A stretch of 64,000 bases of DNA from an uncultured Clostridia bacterium (GCA_947630445.1 CANRHQ010000003.1:11733-75732); one strand, 5' to 3'. Positions 18,148 to 31,430 are shown, counted from the first letter of the stretch. Notes: generated by a model from the sequence alone, not told the origin. Numbers and translations: made by a program.

Positions 18148-20469
18148 CTATTCTTCTTTCTTTTTCTTTAAATTTACAACAATTGCATTTTCATTATCAA
18201 ATATAAAATTTGAATCTGTTGTATCTGTTTGGACAGGATTAACTTCCTGTTTTTCATCTGTAAAGTTTACATTTTTTGGATTAAATTTTATTTTTGTTGA
18301 ATCATCTGGTTCATTATTTGTAACACCTGGTGTAAATTTTGTAAAGTTATATATTTTTACAGGTTGTTCTTCTTTATATTTTGCACCTATAAAATCTAGT
18401 TTTGCTTCACCTATATCATATGAACCATAATCATTTTTCAACTTTAATGCTCCTATTTTGAATCCTAAAGTTGCAAGTTTATTTACAGGGAAATATAACT
18501 CCCAATCATATTTTACACCGCCCCATTTTGGATCATAAGAATTAGTTTTGGTATCCAAACTCTGTGAATATATCCATGTCCTTCTCTTATAGAATTCACT
18601 TGACCACCATTCTAGTTCTTCTGTTACTGCATTTCCTAGGAATAATTTATTTGCACAATTTGATAATATTGTATCTTTATATTTTAATTTTGGTGAGTTT
18701 CCTTCTAATTGTGCTAAGTTTTGTGCTGTTATTGTTGTTCCAACTTTATATTTACGATATAGTGTAAATATTGCTTCTGTATCTTTACATATAAAATCTG
18801 GAAATTCATCTATATATAAGAAATGTGGTATTCTACTACTTTCATTTCCTGGTCTTCTTAATACACCCATTTGCATTGAAAGTATAAAGAATAATCCGAA
18901 TGCTTTATGACTAGTTCTTCCTAAATCTCCTCTACGAGTACATACTAATGTTACTTCACCATTTGCTAATGCTTTGTCAAAATCTATATTATTAGTTCTT
19001 TTACAAAGAATTGCCTTAACTCCTGGTAATCTTAATAAATTATCTAGTTGTGATACAGCTAAATATATATATTTCTCTGTATCTGCTTTTCCTGGACCAT
19101 CAGCATAAAAATTCTTTTTGAAATACTCTATTTGCATACTATATTTTTCTGCTAATTCCTCATCATTTCTCATTATTTCGCACATTTTTTCTACTAAGTC
19201 AAAGTTTGTAAGCATTTTTAACATATCTTCTAGATTTGGTAAATTTCCACCATTTATTCTAGGATACATTTCTTTTAACATAATTGTTAAATTTTCTATT
19301 GCTTGAATTATATATTCTTCTCTGTATGAATCCTCTATTTCTGGATGATTATTTACATACATTCCTTTTAATGCTGATGATATTGTTATTGCTATTTTTG
19401 AAGCATCATCATAAACAAATGGATTTAATCCAATTGAATCACTACTTCCTGGATCTATCAAATTATATTTTATATGAAAGTTTTTACAAACATTCATTAT
19501 TTTAGAAGTTGATTCAAAGTCAGGTGCTATTGATGTTATACCTACATTTCTATAAATAAATTCATTTCCAAATGATGATAATATCATTTTATTCATATAA
19601 GCCTTATAAACAGTTTCTTTACCATAAGCTGGTGTAAGCATATTTAAATCAAAATTCTCATTTAGATAATCATTATCATATGGTTTATTTAATGTGGCTA
19701 TACCTGTTTTTAATGCTGTATATCCCATTTCCTTTGCATTTGCTATATAAAATGCTTTCTTTTCAATATCTTTTGCCATCATTGGTTCTAGTACTAAAGT
19801 AGTTTTTCCTGTTCCTGAACCTCCACATACAAATAATGATTGATATCTCTTTTGTTCGAAAAATGTCATTTTTCTACCAGTTTCAAACTCTGTACAAAAT
19901 AACATATCACATGTAAATGGTCCATGTCCTGCTTTAGAATCTGCTAAACTTATTCCTCTATAATCCCATAAAGATCTTTTTGCATCTTTACTATCATTAA
20001 TTTTAAATACAATCCACTTTATTACTGAATAAAATGTCGTTAATGGTAAGTATAGTGCTAATGCTGTAAATGCTGGTCTAATTAATTCTGAAAAGTCTGT
20101 AACTAACTCTGTATATCCAGGCATTGATATTAAAAAGAGCCATGCTGCTTGATTAATCCATTGTACAAACATTGATAATGCTATTACATATAAAGTAACT
20201 ATGTATGTTAAAAATAATGTTATTTTTATATTTTTTGATGAAGCAAATTCTGATGTTGGTGAAAATAAAAATGCAAAAACCGGACATGCAAGTGCTAATG
20301 TGTATCTAATTGGTCCCCAATATGAAACAGATACACCTGTAAACACTAAAAATAACATTTCTACTACTCTATCAACTAATATGTATAATGAAATCAATGT
20401 TAATACATAAGTTGCAAATGTATTTCTGCTAGCATTTAGTTTCTTTAAAAATTTATCTATTATTTTCAT
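18148..20469 (-). CDS. Membrane-anchored VirD4/TraD/TraG-like type IV coupling-protein ATPase (orphan)
   Basis: 773 aa. About 5 N-terminal TM helices, Walker A VCGGSGTGKTTLV, Walker B-like HFLYIDEFPDF, then GTTITAQNLAQLEG. This is the T4CP arrangement hhhhDE...Q..xQL. Confidence 0.7.
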   Translation of the reverse strand: MKIIDKFLKKLNASRNTFATYVLTLISLYILVDRVVEMLFLVFTGVSVSYWGPIRYTLALACPVFAFLFSPTSEFASSKNIKITLFLTYIVTLYVIALSMFVQWINQAAWLFLISMPGYTELVTDFSELIRPAFTALALYLPLTTFYSVIKWIVFKINDSKDAKRSLWDYRGISLADSKAGHGPFTCDMLFCTEFETGRKMTFFEQKRYQSLFVCGGSGTGKTTLVLEPMMAKDIEKKAFYIANAKEMGYTALKTGIATLNKPYDNDYLNENFDLNMLTPAYGKETVYKAYMNKMILSSFGNEFIYRNVGITSIAPDFESTSKIMNVCKNFHIKYNLIDPGSSDSIGLNPFVYDDASKIAITISSALKGMYVNNHPEIEDSYREEYIIQAIENLTIMLKEMYPRINGGNLPNLEDMLKMLTNFDLVEKMCEIMRNDEELAEKYSMQIEYFKKNFYADGPGKADTEKYIYLAVSQLDNLLRLPGVKAILCKRTNNIDFDKALANGEVTLVCTRRGDLGRTSHKAFGLFFILSMQMGVLRRPGNESSRIPHFLYIDEFPDFICKDTEAIFTLYRKYKVGTTITAQNLAQLEGNSPKLKYKDTILSNCANKLFLGNAVTEELEWWSSEFYKRRTWIYSQSLDTKTNSYDPKWGGVKYDWELYFPVNKLATLGFKIGALKLKNDYGSYDIGEAKLDFIGAKYKEEQPVKIYNFTKFTPGVTNNEPDDSTKIKFNPKNVNFTDEKQEVNPVQTDTTDSNFIFDNENAIVVNLKKKKEE

Positions 20470-20564
20470 TGCTTTTTCCTTTCATTTTAATAAACTCCTA
20501 CACTATATATTATCCTATAAAATCAGTAAAATTACAAGCCTTTTCGGCAAATTTTACAATATTT

Positions 20565-21416
20565 TTAAAATATTAGCTCTAAAACTATTCCTGAAATAAC
20601 CCCTATAAAATAAAGTAAACTTGCAATTTTTATATTTTCTTTAATATTTTTATTAATTTTAAATAAAACTAATATACCAACACCTGCATTAACTGCTACC
20701 CCTGATATCAATATTGGTAGGGTTATAACATTAGATATAAATAACTCTGTTAATATAACAGATGAAGCACAATTAGGAATTAGTCCTATTAGTCCAGCTA
20801 TTATTGGACCTAATATAATATTCTGACTTATAATACTACCTATTGTTGCTTTTCCGACAATACTAATAATAATATTTATTATTAGTGTTATTATAAAAAT
20901 ATAAATTAATATATTTATAGAATGCTTTATTGCTGACTTTAATATTCCATTTTCACAATCACAATGTTCATTTTCGCAAAGTTCTTCTATATTTTCTTGC
21001 AATTCTCCTTTTTTTGTAAGTCTAATTACAAAATCTACTATAAATCCTGCAATTACACCAATTGCTAATTTAATACTTAAGATTACTAATATTGTAGTTA
21101 ATGGAACTGATTCTGTTAATAATATAGGCAACATTTCATCAGAAGTTGCTAAATATACTGATAATAATGTTCCTAATGTTATTACTCTTGCAACATATAA
21201 ATTAGTAGCAGATACAGAAAATCCACATTGTGGGAATATTCCAACCAATGCTCCTAGAAATGGTCCAAATACTCCGGATTTTTTTATTATTTCTCTCGAT
21301 TTATCACCTGTTTTATGTTCAATATATTCCATAATTAAATATGTTAGAAACAAAAACGGTAATAATTTAATGCTATCTATTATTGTTTCTTCTATAACTG
21401 CTAATATATTTTGCAT
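20565..21416 (-). CDS. Polytopic membrane permease (possibly of the putative heavy-metal/manganese exporter ArsP_2-like family)
   Basis: 283 aa built from two homologous halves, each with a P(Q/N)C(G/A)(F/S)S motif (FPQCGFS and IPNCASS). The family name is tentative. Confidence 0.6.
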   Translation of the reverse strand: MQNILAVIEETIIDSIKLLPFLFLTYLIMEYIEHKTGDKSREIIKKSGVFGPFLGALVGIFPQCGFSVSATNLYVARVITLGTLLSVYLATSDEMLPILLTESVPLTTILVILSIKLAIGVIAGFIVDFVIRLTKKGELQENIEELCENEHCDCENGILKSAIKHSINILIYIFIITLIINIIISIVGKATIGSIISQNIILGPIIAGLIGLIPNCASSVILTELFISNVITLPILISGVAVNAGVGILVLFKINKNIKENIKIASLLYFIGVISGIVLELIF

Positions 21417-21430
21417 ATTTGCTTTCCTTT

Positions 21431-21880
21431 CTATAATTTTCCATTTTTTATATCTTCTACAAACAAATCTCTTGCTTTATATGGAAGTAATACTATTTTT
21501 TCTATATCTTCTTTTTTTATTATTTCAGGTATATATTTTCCTCTATCAGCATATTTAGGATTATTTGAAAATTCTGGTCCATTACCTGTTCCAAACTCTC
21601 CATCTATATATTTGCATAAAAAGAAATATTCTTTTTGATTGAGTTCTTTATTTTCCATTTCATATAACATTTTTTCAACTTCTACATCTATTCCAAACTC
21701 TTCTTTTATTTCTCTTTTAGCCCCTTCTTCTAAAGTCTCGTTATCTTCTTGTCCACCACCTGGAAAAACATAATAATTGCCAACTGGATGATTTTTTACT
21801 CCTACTCTATGCATAAGTGCAAATCCATCATTCATTGGAATTATTCCTGCCACTCTAATTCTTAATTCTTTATTTTGCAT
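21431..21880 (-). CDS. NUDIX hydrolase
   Basis: Nudix box GGGQEDNETLEEGAKREIKEEFG. The start was set to the ATG at 21880 (MQNKELRIR...) after a GGAGG RBS, which removes the overlap with obg. Confidence 0.85.
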   Translation of the reverse strand: MQNKELRIRVAGIIPMNDGFALMHRVGVKNHPVGNYYVFPGGGQEDNETLEEGAKREIKEEFGIDVEVEKMLYEMENKELNQKEYFFLCKYIDGEFGTGNGPEFSNNPKYADRGKYIPEIIKKEDIEKIVLLPYKARDLFVEDIKNGKL

Positions 21881-21897
21881 TTTTCTATTCCTCCATT

Positions 21898-23193
<1,296 letters not shown>

Positions 23194-24225
23194 TTATTGT
23201 TGCCACTCTTGTTCAGATTTTTGTTTATTCATCTCAAAATTTTGTTGCAATTCTTTTATTTTTCCTGCCAATGCTGGTGAATTTGACATTTCTCTTCTAT
23301 TAATTTGTCCATTTTTATCAATTTGACCTATATATGCTAATTTATTTCTATCTTGAAAATTTTTTGGATCTGATAGCAATTCAAGAACTTTTAGTATTTC
23401 TCCTTTATCTTGTAATTCTACTATATCTTCTAATCTTCTATATAATTCAAAACATACTGGATATGAAGCACCAAATATTTCTGCATCATGCTCATGTGCA
23501 GTATTACTTATTTGTGCTGTATATAAATATGTTCCTTCTTGGTCTTTACATATTTTAGATGTATTTCTTATTCTAAGAATTTCCCCTGAATTAATGTTTA
23601 CTGCATCATATTGAAATCTACTTCTTCCATCTACAACATATCTTCCAATATTTTTTATTTCAGGATTATTCTTTCTATTTTCTCTTTCTTGTCTTTCACT
23701 TTCTAAATATTGTTTTGCACTCATTTCTTCTCTAAATGCTTTTTCTCTATCTATTTTTTCTTGTGCCTCTCGTTTTTCTTGGTATTTTCTTTCATTATAT
23801 TCATCTACTTTAGATATGTCTTCATTTACCATCTTTTCTACAATTTCATTTACAGCATTACTTTTATTACCAAAATACAATTCTTGTCCCATTTGCTGTA
23901 ATTGACCTAAATAATAACTTTTTCTAGTTGCTATATCATTTGTATTTTCTCTTGAATATCTTTGTTTAACTAATTGTAAAATTTTATTATCAACTTTTTG
24001 TCCTTCTGGCAACTCAAATGATACATAATCTGCATTATCAATAATTATTGCATGCTCTGATGAAGCTACTCTAGCCATATACAAATTTGTTACAACATTA
24101 TTTCTATGTTTTACTTTATTTTTAAGTTCCATACTTAGTATTATAATTTTACTATCATCATTTTCAACTTCAGCAGTTCTATTTACTTCTTTCGTTTCTT
24201 TCTTAAATCTATCAAATAATCCCAT
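23194..24225 (-). CDS. Hypothetical protein (K/E/Q-rich central coiled coil)
   Basis: The ATG at 24225 (MGLFDRFKK...) follows an AAAGAGGT RBS. No motif recognised. Lies between trpS and obg in the same orientation. Confidence 0.6.
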   Translation of the reverse strand: MGLFDRFKKETKEVNRTAEVENDDSKIIILSMELKNKVKHRNNVVTNLYMARVASSEHAIIIDNADYVSFELPEGQKVDNKILQLVKQRYSRENTNDIATRKSYYLGQLQQMGQELYFGNKSNAVNEIVEKMVNEDISKVDEYNERKYQEKREAQEKIDREKAFREEMSAKQYLESERQERENRKNNPEIKNIGRYVVDGRSRFQYDAVNINSGEILRIRNTSKICKDQEGTYLYTAQISNTAHEHDAEIFGASYPVCFELYRRLEDIVELQDKGEILKVLELLSDPKNFQDRNKLAYIGQIDKNGQINRREMSNSPALAGKIKELQQNFEMNKQKSEQEWQQ

Positions 24226-24247
24226 TTTACTTACCTCTTTCGTTTTA

Positions 24248-25261
24248 TTAATTTTCAAAATAATCTAATTTCATTGCTTTTTTAACTTTTTTCATTGTTT
24301 TTCTTGCTTCTTCTCTTGCTTTTTCAGTTCCCTCTATTAATATTTTATCAACAATTTCTGGTCTTTCTTCATAATATTTTCTTTTTTGTCTAATTGGTTC
24401 TAAAGTTTTATTTATATTTTCTGCTAATTGCTTTTTACATGCAACACAGCCTCTTTTTCCTTCTCTACATTCTTTACACACATTTTCATATTCTTCTTTA
24501 TTGTCAAATAATTTATGATAATATGATACCATACAAATATCAGGATTTCCTAAATCATCTTTTTTTATTCTATTAGGATCTGTTACTGCATTCATTACCT
24601 TTTTATTTACTTCTTCAGGTGTGTCTGATAAATATATTGCATTTCCTAATGATTTACCCATTTTTTCATTTCCATCTAATCCTTTTATTCTTTTTTCTTT
24701 AGATAATACTGCCTCTGGTTCTATTAAAATATCTCCATAGATACTATTAAATTTTCTTACTATTTCTCTACATTGTTCTATTAATGGTAATTGGTCTTCT
24801 CCTACTGGTACTATTTCCCCATTTAATACAGTTATATCTGCAGCTTGACTTACTGGATAACCTAAAAAGCCATAAGTTACACTTTCTCCGAATATTTCTT
24901 TCTTTTGTGCTATTTCTGTTTTTACAGTTGGATTCCTTTCTAATCTTGCTATTGTTACTAGGTTTGAGTAAAATACTGTTAATTCTGCAGTTTCTGGAAT
25001 CATTGATTGTATATATATTGTTGTTTTTGCTGGATCTATTCCAACTGATAAATAATCCATAACAACTTCTCTTACATTTTTTCTAACTTTTTCAGGATTA
25101 TTAAAATTATCAGTTAAGGCTTGAACATCTGCTATCAAAATATATGGTTCGTATTCTCCAGATTCTTGCATCGCAACTCTATTTTTTAATGAGCCAAAAT
25201 AATGACCAATGTGCAATCTTCCTGTTGGTCTATCTCCTGTTACTATCCTTTTTTTATTCAT
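24248..25261 (-). CDS. trpS: Tryptophan--tRNA ligase
   Basis: 337 aa. HIGH-type motif GRLHIGHYFG and KMSKS-type motif KMGKS. Confidence 0.92.
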   Translation of the reverse strand: MNKKRIVTGDRPTGRLHIGHYFGSLKNRVAMQESGEYEPYILIADVQALTDNFNNPEKVRKNVREVVMDYLSVGIDPAKTTIYIQSMIPETAELTVFYSNLVTIARLERNPTVKTEIAQKKEIFGESVTYGFLGYPVSQAADITVLNGEIVPVGEDQLPLIEQCREIVRKFNSIYGDILIEPEAVLSKEKRIKGLDGNEKMGKSLGNAIYLSDTPEEVNKKVMNAVTDPNRIKKDDLGNPDICMVSYYHKLFDNKEEYENVCKECREGKRGCVACKKQLAENINKTLEPIRQKRKYYEERPEIVDKILIEGTEKAREEARKTMKKVKKAMKLDYFEN

Positions 25262-25344
25262 TTTATCTCTCCTTTAATACTACTTTAAAGATTATACTAC
25301 ATATTTCAAAAAAAAGGAAGCATTTTTAGTAATAAAATTTAAAC

Positions 25345-25373
25345 TCAAAAAGCCCATCACAATGTGATAGGCT
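25345..25373 (-). terminator. GC-rich intrinsic terminator of the acidic-protein gene
   Basis: The minus strand reads AGCCTATCAC-loop-GTGATGGGCT followed by TTTTT. Confidence 0.65.
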
Positions 25374-25389
25374 CATGAGTTGAGAAAAA

Positions 25390-26214
25390 TCAATACACTA
25401 AATCTTCATCACCGTCTTCGTCATATTTAACTTCACGGCGACTTTTGGTAAGAGAAAGGTCGATAGCAGGTTCTTCTTCATCTTCATCCTCTTCTTCCAC
25501 CTCGGCAGTTTCTTCTTCAACAGCATCTTTAGAATAGTGGTCTTCTTCAGATTCTACTTCTTCTTCAGAATCATCTGTTTCAGATTCTTCCTCGGCAGTT
25601 TCGTAGGATTCCTCATCTGCTTCACTTTCGTCAGAATCTCCGACCTGCTGTTCATCAACAGCAACCTCTTCAGTTTCATTTTCTTCGGCGGTTTCGAGTT
25701 CATCTTTCTCTTCAGGTTCATCTGCTTTTTCAGTTTCACCTTCATCAGAGTGATTTTCATTCACAGGTTCAGCCTTAAGAATTTGGATAGGAGGTCCTGC
25801 CGGATCATATTCTTCTGCAGCAGCAATATCTTCATATTTTACTGAGAAAAATGATTCATTCTCATATGAGAAATCTTCCGGCATATTGATGAACTGAAGA
25901 TAACCTTTTTCATACTTCCAGCCCATCATCTTCAATGCCTCATGCAAGTTCTTGGTTACTGCCCTGTCCAGCTTGTCAAACAGTTCAGAGCCTAATCCCC
26001 TGTTCCATTTAAAATCCTGCTGGATTGTTTTCATCTTAGATACCTGCTCTTCAGTAGCAACAATTTTGCCATGAATCAACCAAGTATCCACGCCCTCGTT
26101 TACCATTTCACAGAAAATTTCATACTGTGCACGGAACAATTCCTCCTCTAAATTTTTACGCCGTTCTCTTGCCAACTTTTGGAATTCATCTGCTGACATC
26201 ATCTGTAATGCCAT
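25390..26214 (-). CDS. Hypothetical protein with a globular N-terminal half and a ~130-aa poly-acidic (D/E-rich) C-terminal tail
   Basis: 274 aa. AAAGGAGAAAAAC RBS. Visibly higher G+C and different codon choices (CTG, GCC, CGG) than its neighbours. Has its own promoter and terminator. Confidence 0.75.
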   Translation of the reverse strand: MALQMMSADEFQKLARERRKNLEEELFRAQYEIFCEMVNEGVDTWLIHGKIVATEEQVSKMKTIQQDFKWNRGLGSELFDKLDRAVTKNLHEALKMMGWKYEKGYLQFINMPEDFSYENESFFSVKYEDIAAAEEYDPAGPPIQILKAEPVNENHSDEGETEKADEPEEKDELETAEENETEEVAVDEQQVGDSDESEADEESYETAEEESETDDSEEEVESEEDHYSKDAVEEETAEVEEEDEDEEEPAIDLSLTKSRREVKYDEDGDEDLVY

Positions 26215-26282
26215 TTTGTTTTTCTCCTTTTTTTGTTGTGCGAAACATATATCTATGTTTCATATTAATTGGTTACCATAAT

Positions 26283-26311
26283 ATTATACCACAATTTATT
26301 AAATAATGCAA
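26283..26311 (-). promoter_or_regulatory. Near-consensus promoter of the acidic-protein gene
   Basis: On the minus strand: TTGCAT (26311..26306), 17-nt spacer ending TGG, TATAAT (26288..26283). Confidence 0.6.
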
Positions 26312-26347
26312 ATTTTTACAAATGTTTTTATTTTTTCTAAATATATA

Positions 26348-26379
26348 GGAAAAGTCGGACTTGGTACACCAAGTCCGAC
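26348..26379 (-). terminator. GC-rich intrinsic terminator of the 79/95-aa gene
   Basis: GTCGGACTTGG / CCAAGTCCGAC hairpin followed on the minus strand by TTTT. Confidence 0.65.
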
Positions 26380-26385
26380 AACAGA

Positions 26386-26625
26386 TTAGGCATTTAACCT
26401 TCTTTCGAAAGTATATCTGCCAGCTTGCCCATGAACTGGATTAATAATCCACTCATTACTATAGTTCATAATAATCCACTGTTCGATTTCATAGCTTGTC
26501 AAAGGTCTGCATTCATCAAGTGGTATATAAATTTCCCGCACTCTCTGACCGTCAAATTTGAAATTTTTCAGGTCCACTTCGACAATGTCTTTTACAATCT
26601 TCCAGTTTTTTTCTTTTTCTGTCAT
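26386..26625 (-). CDS. Small hypothetical protein (island gene 2)
   Basis: The track ORF extends to 26673. The internal ATG at 26625 (MTEKEKNWKIV...) is the more likely start, but this is uncertain. Higher G+C than the flanks. Confidence 0.55.
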   Translation of the reverse strand: MTEKEKNWKIVKDIVEVDLKNFKFDGQRVREIYIPLDECRPLTSYEIEQWIIMNYSNEWIINPVHGQAGRYTFERRLNA

Positions 26626-26716
26626 TTCTTTTTCCCTTTCTGAGGTCTTATTGCACCTCTTAAAAAAATACAATATCTACACTTTTATTATACCATATTT
26701 TTCCTTATATTTCAAA

Positions 26717-27883
26717 TTATCCAAATATACCTTTCTTTTTTATTGGAGGCTGTTCATTCATTGTCATTGATAGTTTCTCAAGTAATTCCCTTTGCTCTTT
26801 ACTTAACCTTTTTGGAGTTTGGACTATTACAGTAAATACAAAATTACCTCTTGAATTAGAATTAAGTGTTTTAAATCCTTTTTCTCTAATTGTAAATTTA
26901 GTTCCTGTTTGGGTTCCTTCTGGTATAGTAAAGATTTCAGAACTTCCATCTACCATTGGAATTTTTAAGTTTGCACCTAATGTAGCTTGAGTTATTGTTA
27001 TAGGAACTTCACACATTACTGTTGTACCTTGTCTTGAATAAATACTACTTCTCTTTATTCTAACTGTTATGTATAAATCACCATGTGGACCTCCTTTTTC
27101 ACCAGGTTCACCTTCTCCTCTTAACACAACTGTTTGATTGTCATCAATTCCTGCTGGAATTTTTACTTTTATTTTAGGTTGTTTTCTAACTGTTCCTTTT
27201 CCTTTACAATTTTCACATACCTCTTTTATTACTTCACCTGTTCCATGACAATTAGTACAAGTTCTTGTTGTTTGCATTTGTCCTAATATTGTATTTTGTA
27301 CTTGTTTTACCGTTCCAGTTCCATTACAAATAGGACATTTAGTTACAGATGTTCCAGGTTTAGCTCCTGTTCCATGACATATTTCACAAGTTTCTGGTCT
27401 TGTTATAACTATTTGTTTTTCTACACCTAGAAAAGCCTCTTCAAAACTAATTTCCATATTCAAATTTAAGTCTGCACCTTTTCTTGGTCCTCTTTGTTGT
27501 CTTGAACTTGTTCTAGCACTACCACCAAAAAATGAAGAAAATATATCTCCTAAATCTCCAAAATCAGAAAAGCCATCAAAACCAGAAGAAGTATAAGAAT
27601 AATAATTTCCTCCTCCAAATGGACCTGCTCCACCTCCAAATCCATTAAATCCTTGTGGTCCATCTGCTCCAAATTGGTCATACATTTTTCTTTTTTGTGG
27701 ATCTGATAATGTCTCATATGCTTCATTTACTTCTTTAAATTTAGCTTCAGCTTCTTTTTTGTTGTCTGGATTGGCATCTGGATGATATTTTTTAGCAAGT
27801 TTTCTATATGCTTTTTTTAATTCATCTTCAGTTGCATCCTTGCTAACTCCTAATACTTCATAATAATCTCTTTTATTTGCCAT
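26717..27883 (-). CDS. dnaJ: Chaperone DnaJ
   Basis: J domain with HPD, a G/F-rich linker, and four CxxCxGxG zinc motifs. Confidence 0.95.
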   Translation of the reverse strand: MANKRDYYEVLGVSKDATEDELKKAYRKLAKKYHPDANPDNKKEAEAKFKEVNEAYETLSDPQKRKMYDQFGADGPQGFNGFGGGAGPFGGGNYYSYTSSGFDGFSDFGDLGDIFSSFFGGSARTSSRQQRGPRKGADLNLNMEISFEEAFLGVEKQIVITRPETCEICHGTGAKPGTSVTKCPICNGTGTVKQVQNTILGQMQTTRTCTNCHGTGEVIKEVCENCKGKGTVRKQPKIKVKIPAGIDDNQTVVLRGEGEPGEKGGPHGDLYITVRIKRSSIYSRQGTTVMCEVPITITQATLGANLKIPMVDGSSEIFTIPEGTQTGTKFTIREKGFKTLNSNSRGNFVFTVIVQTPKRLSKEQRELLEKLSMTMNEQPPIKKKGIFG

Positions 27884-27946
27884 TTTATCCTCCTACTAAA
27901 AAGTCCTTGTTACAAGTTGAGGTTGGATTTTTCCAACCTCATGCTA

Positions 27947-29800
<1,854 letters not shown>

Positions 29801-29859
29801 TTACTTCCTTTCTTAAAAAATGTTTCCTCATTTTATAAATTTTAAATTTAATAACTTAT

Positions 29860-30372
29860 TTAATTGGCTACTACAACCATAGAATGTCTTATTACTCTAT
29901 TTCCTATCTTATAGCCTTTTCTATATTCTTGTACTATTTCTTTTTCACCTTTTTCAGTATCTTGTACACTACTTACTGCTTCATGCAAATTTGGATCAAA
30001 TGTTTCTCCAACTGATGATATTTCTTCTACTCCTTTTGCTTTTAATATGTCTTTAAATTGTTTTAGTACAAGTTCTACTCCTTTTTTATATTCTTCATCT
30101 TGGGTTTCTGCTTTTATTGCATTTTCCAAATTATCTACTATTGGTAAAAATACCTCTACTATATCTGATAATATTGAATTGTATAAAACTTCTCTTTCTT
30201 TACTACTTCTTTTTTTGAAATTTTCAAATTCTGCTAATACTCTTTTATATCTATCATTTAATTCATCTAGTTCTTGTTGCTTTGGATCAATTACATCTTC
30301 TTTTGTATCTTTTTCTTTTACCTCTTTTACTTCTTTTTCCTCTTTTTCTTTCTTTTCTTCTTCCATCTTCAC
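29860..30372 (-). CDS. grpE: Nucleotide exchange factor GrpE
   Basis: 170 aa. Coiled-coil N-terminus, C-terminal ...FDPNLHEAV...GYKIGNRVIRHSMV. Confidence 0.9.
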   Translation of the reverse strand: MKMEEEKKEKEEKEVKEVKEKDTKEDVIDPKQQELDELNDRYKRVLAEFENFKKRSSKEREVLYNSILSDIVEVFLPIVDNLENAIKAETQDEEYKKGVELVLKQFKDILKAKGVEEISSVGETFDPNLHEAVSSVQDTEKGEKEIVQEYRKGYKIGNRVIRHSMVVVAN

Positions 30373-30380
30373 CCTTCTTT

Positions 30381-31394
30381 CTAATTTTCATCGTTTTTAT
30401 CATTTAGTTTTTTGCTGATATATTTCATTACAGATATTACTTTGGCATAATCCATTCTCTTTGGTCCTATTATTCCAATTGTTCCCATTTCTTTGTTTCC
30501 TATTCTATGTTTAAAAGTTACTACACTAAAATCTTTTAATTCTTCTTTTTCGTTTTCTTCTCCTATATATATATTTATATCTTTTGCAAAACCATTATTT
30601 AACATATCTGCCATTAAATCTTTCTCATCTAATATGTTTACAAAATTTCGTGCTACTTCTAAACTATTAAATTCTGGCAATTCAAATAATCTATTAGCTC
30701 CTTCTAAATGTACACTTTCTTCTTCTATTACCTTTTTCATTTGTTCTATTATTGGTTTTATTAAGTTTACACTATAACTCATTTCTTCTACTAAATATTT
30801 TTCTAAAGGTTTGTCTATTTTAGTTATTGGTTCACCTTTTAGTTTGTTATTAAACATTAAACTTAATGTTTGAACTTGATTTTCTGTAATGTCCTCATCA
30901 AATTTTATTATAGTTTCTTTTACTAAACCTGTATCTGTTAATATAACTGCCATCATCATCCTATTACTTAATAGAACAAATTTAATGTTTTCTATTTTTT
31001 GAACACTTGAATTAGGTCCTATAGCTACTGTGGTATAATGTGTTATTTCTGATATAGTACTTGATGCTATTTTTGTCATTTCTTCCATTTCACTTACTTT
31101 GGTTTCTAGTTTTTCACTAATGTATTTAATTTCTTCAAGTGTTATTTTGTCATCTTCTAAAAGTTCATCTACATAAAACCTATATCCTTTTGCTGATGGT
31201 ACTCTTCCTGCTGATGTATGTGGTTTTTCCAAATAGCCCATTTTTTCTAATTCTGCCATTTCATTTCTTATTGTTGCACTACTATATTCTAGCCCTTCTA
31301 AATTCATTATAGCATTTGAACTTACTGGCTCTGCTGTTCTAATATATTCTTCAATTATAGCTTGCAATACTCTCTTTTTTCTTTCATCTAGCAA
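30381..31394 (-). CDS. hrcA: Heat-inducible transcription repressor HrcA
   Basis: 337 aa. N-terminal wHTH region RKKRVLQAIIEEYIRTAEPVSS. TTG start after AAAAGGAGGGG. First gene of the hrcA-grpE-dnaK-dnaJ order. Confidence 0.9.
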   Translation of the reverse strand: MLDERKKRVLQAIIEEYIRTAEPVSSNAIMNLEGLEYSSATIRNEMAELEKMGYLEKPHTSAGRVPSAKGYRFYVDELLEDDKITLEEIKYISEKLETKVSEMEEMTKIASSTISEITHYTTVAIGPNSSVQKIENIKFVLLSNRMMMAVILTDTGLVKETIIKFDEDITENQVQTLSLMFNNKLKGEPITKIDKPLEKYLVEEMSYSVNLIKPIIEQMKKVIEEESVHLEGANRLFELPEFNSLEVARNFVNILDEKDLMADMLNNGFAKDINIYIGEENEKEELKDFSVVTFKHRIGNKEMGTIGIIGPKRMDYAKVISVMKYISKKLNDKNDEN

Positions 31395-31430
31395 TCTTTA
31401 CCCCTCCTTTTAGTTTTGGGAAATTGCATT

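Noticed and set aside
25262-25344. Possible T-box leader upstream of trpS.
   Set aside because: The intergenic space is only ~80-125 nt. It contains no AGGGTGGNACCGCG-like T-box sequence, only the neighbouring gene's terminator.
25537-25845. Extra ORFs (25537..25845 on the plus strand, 25554..25760 on the minus strand) inside the acidic-tail region.
   Set aside because: These are alternative frames of the GAA/GAT-rich repeat-like coding sequence. The 274-aa frame has the RBS, promoter and terminator.
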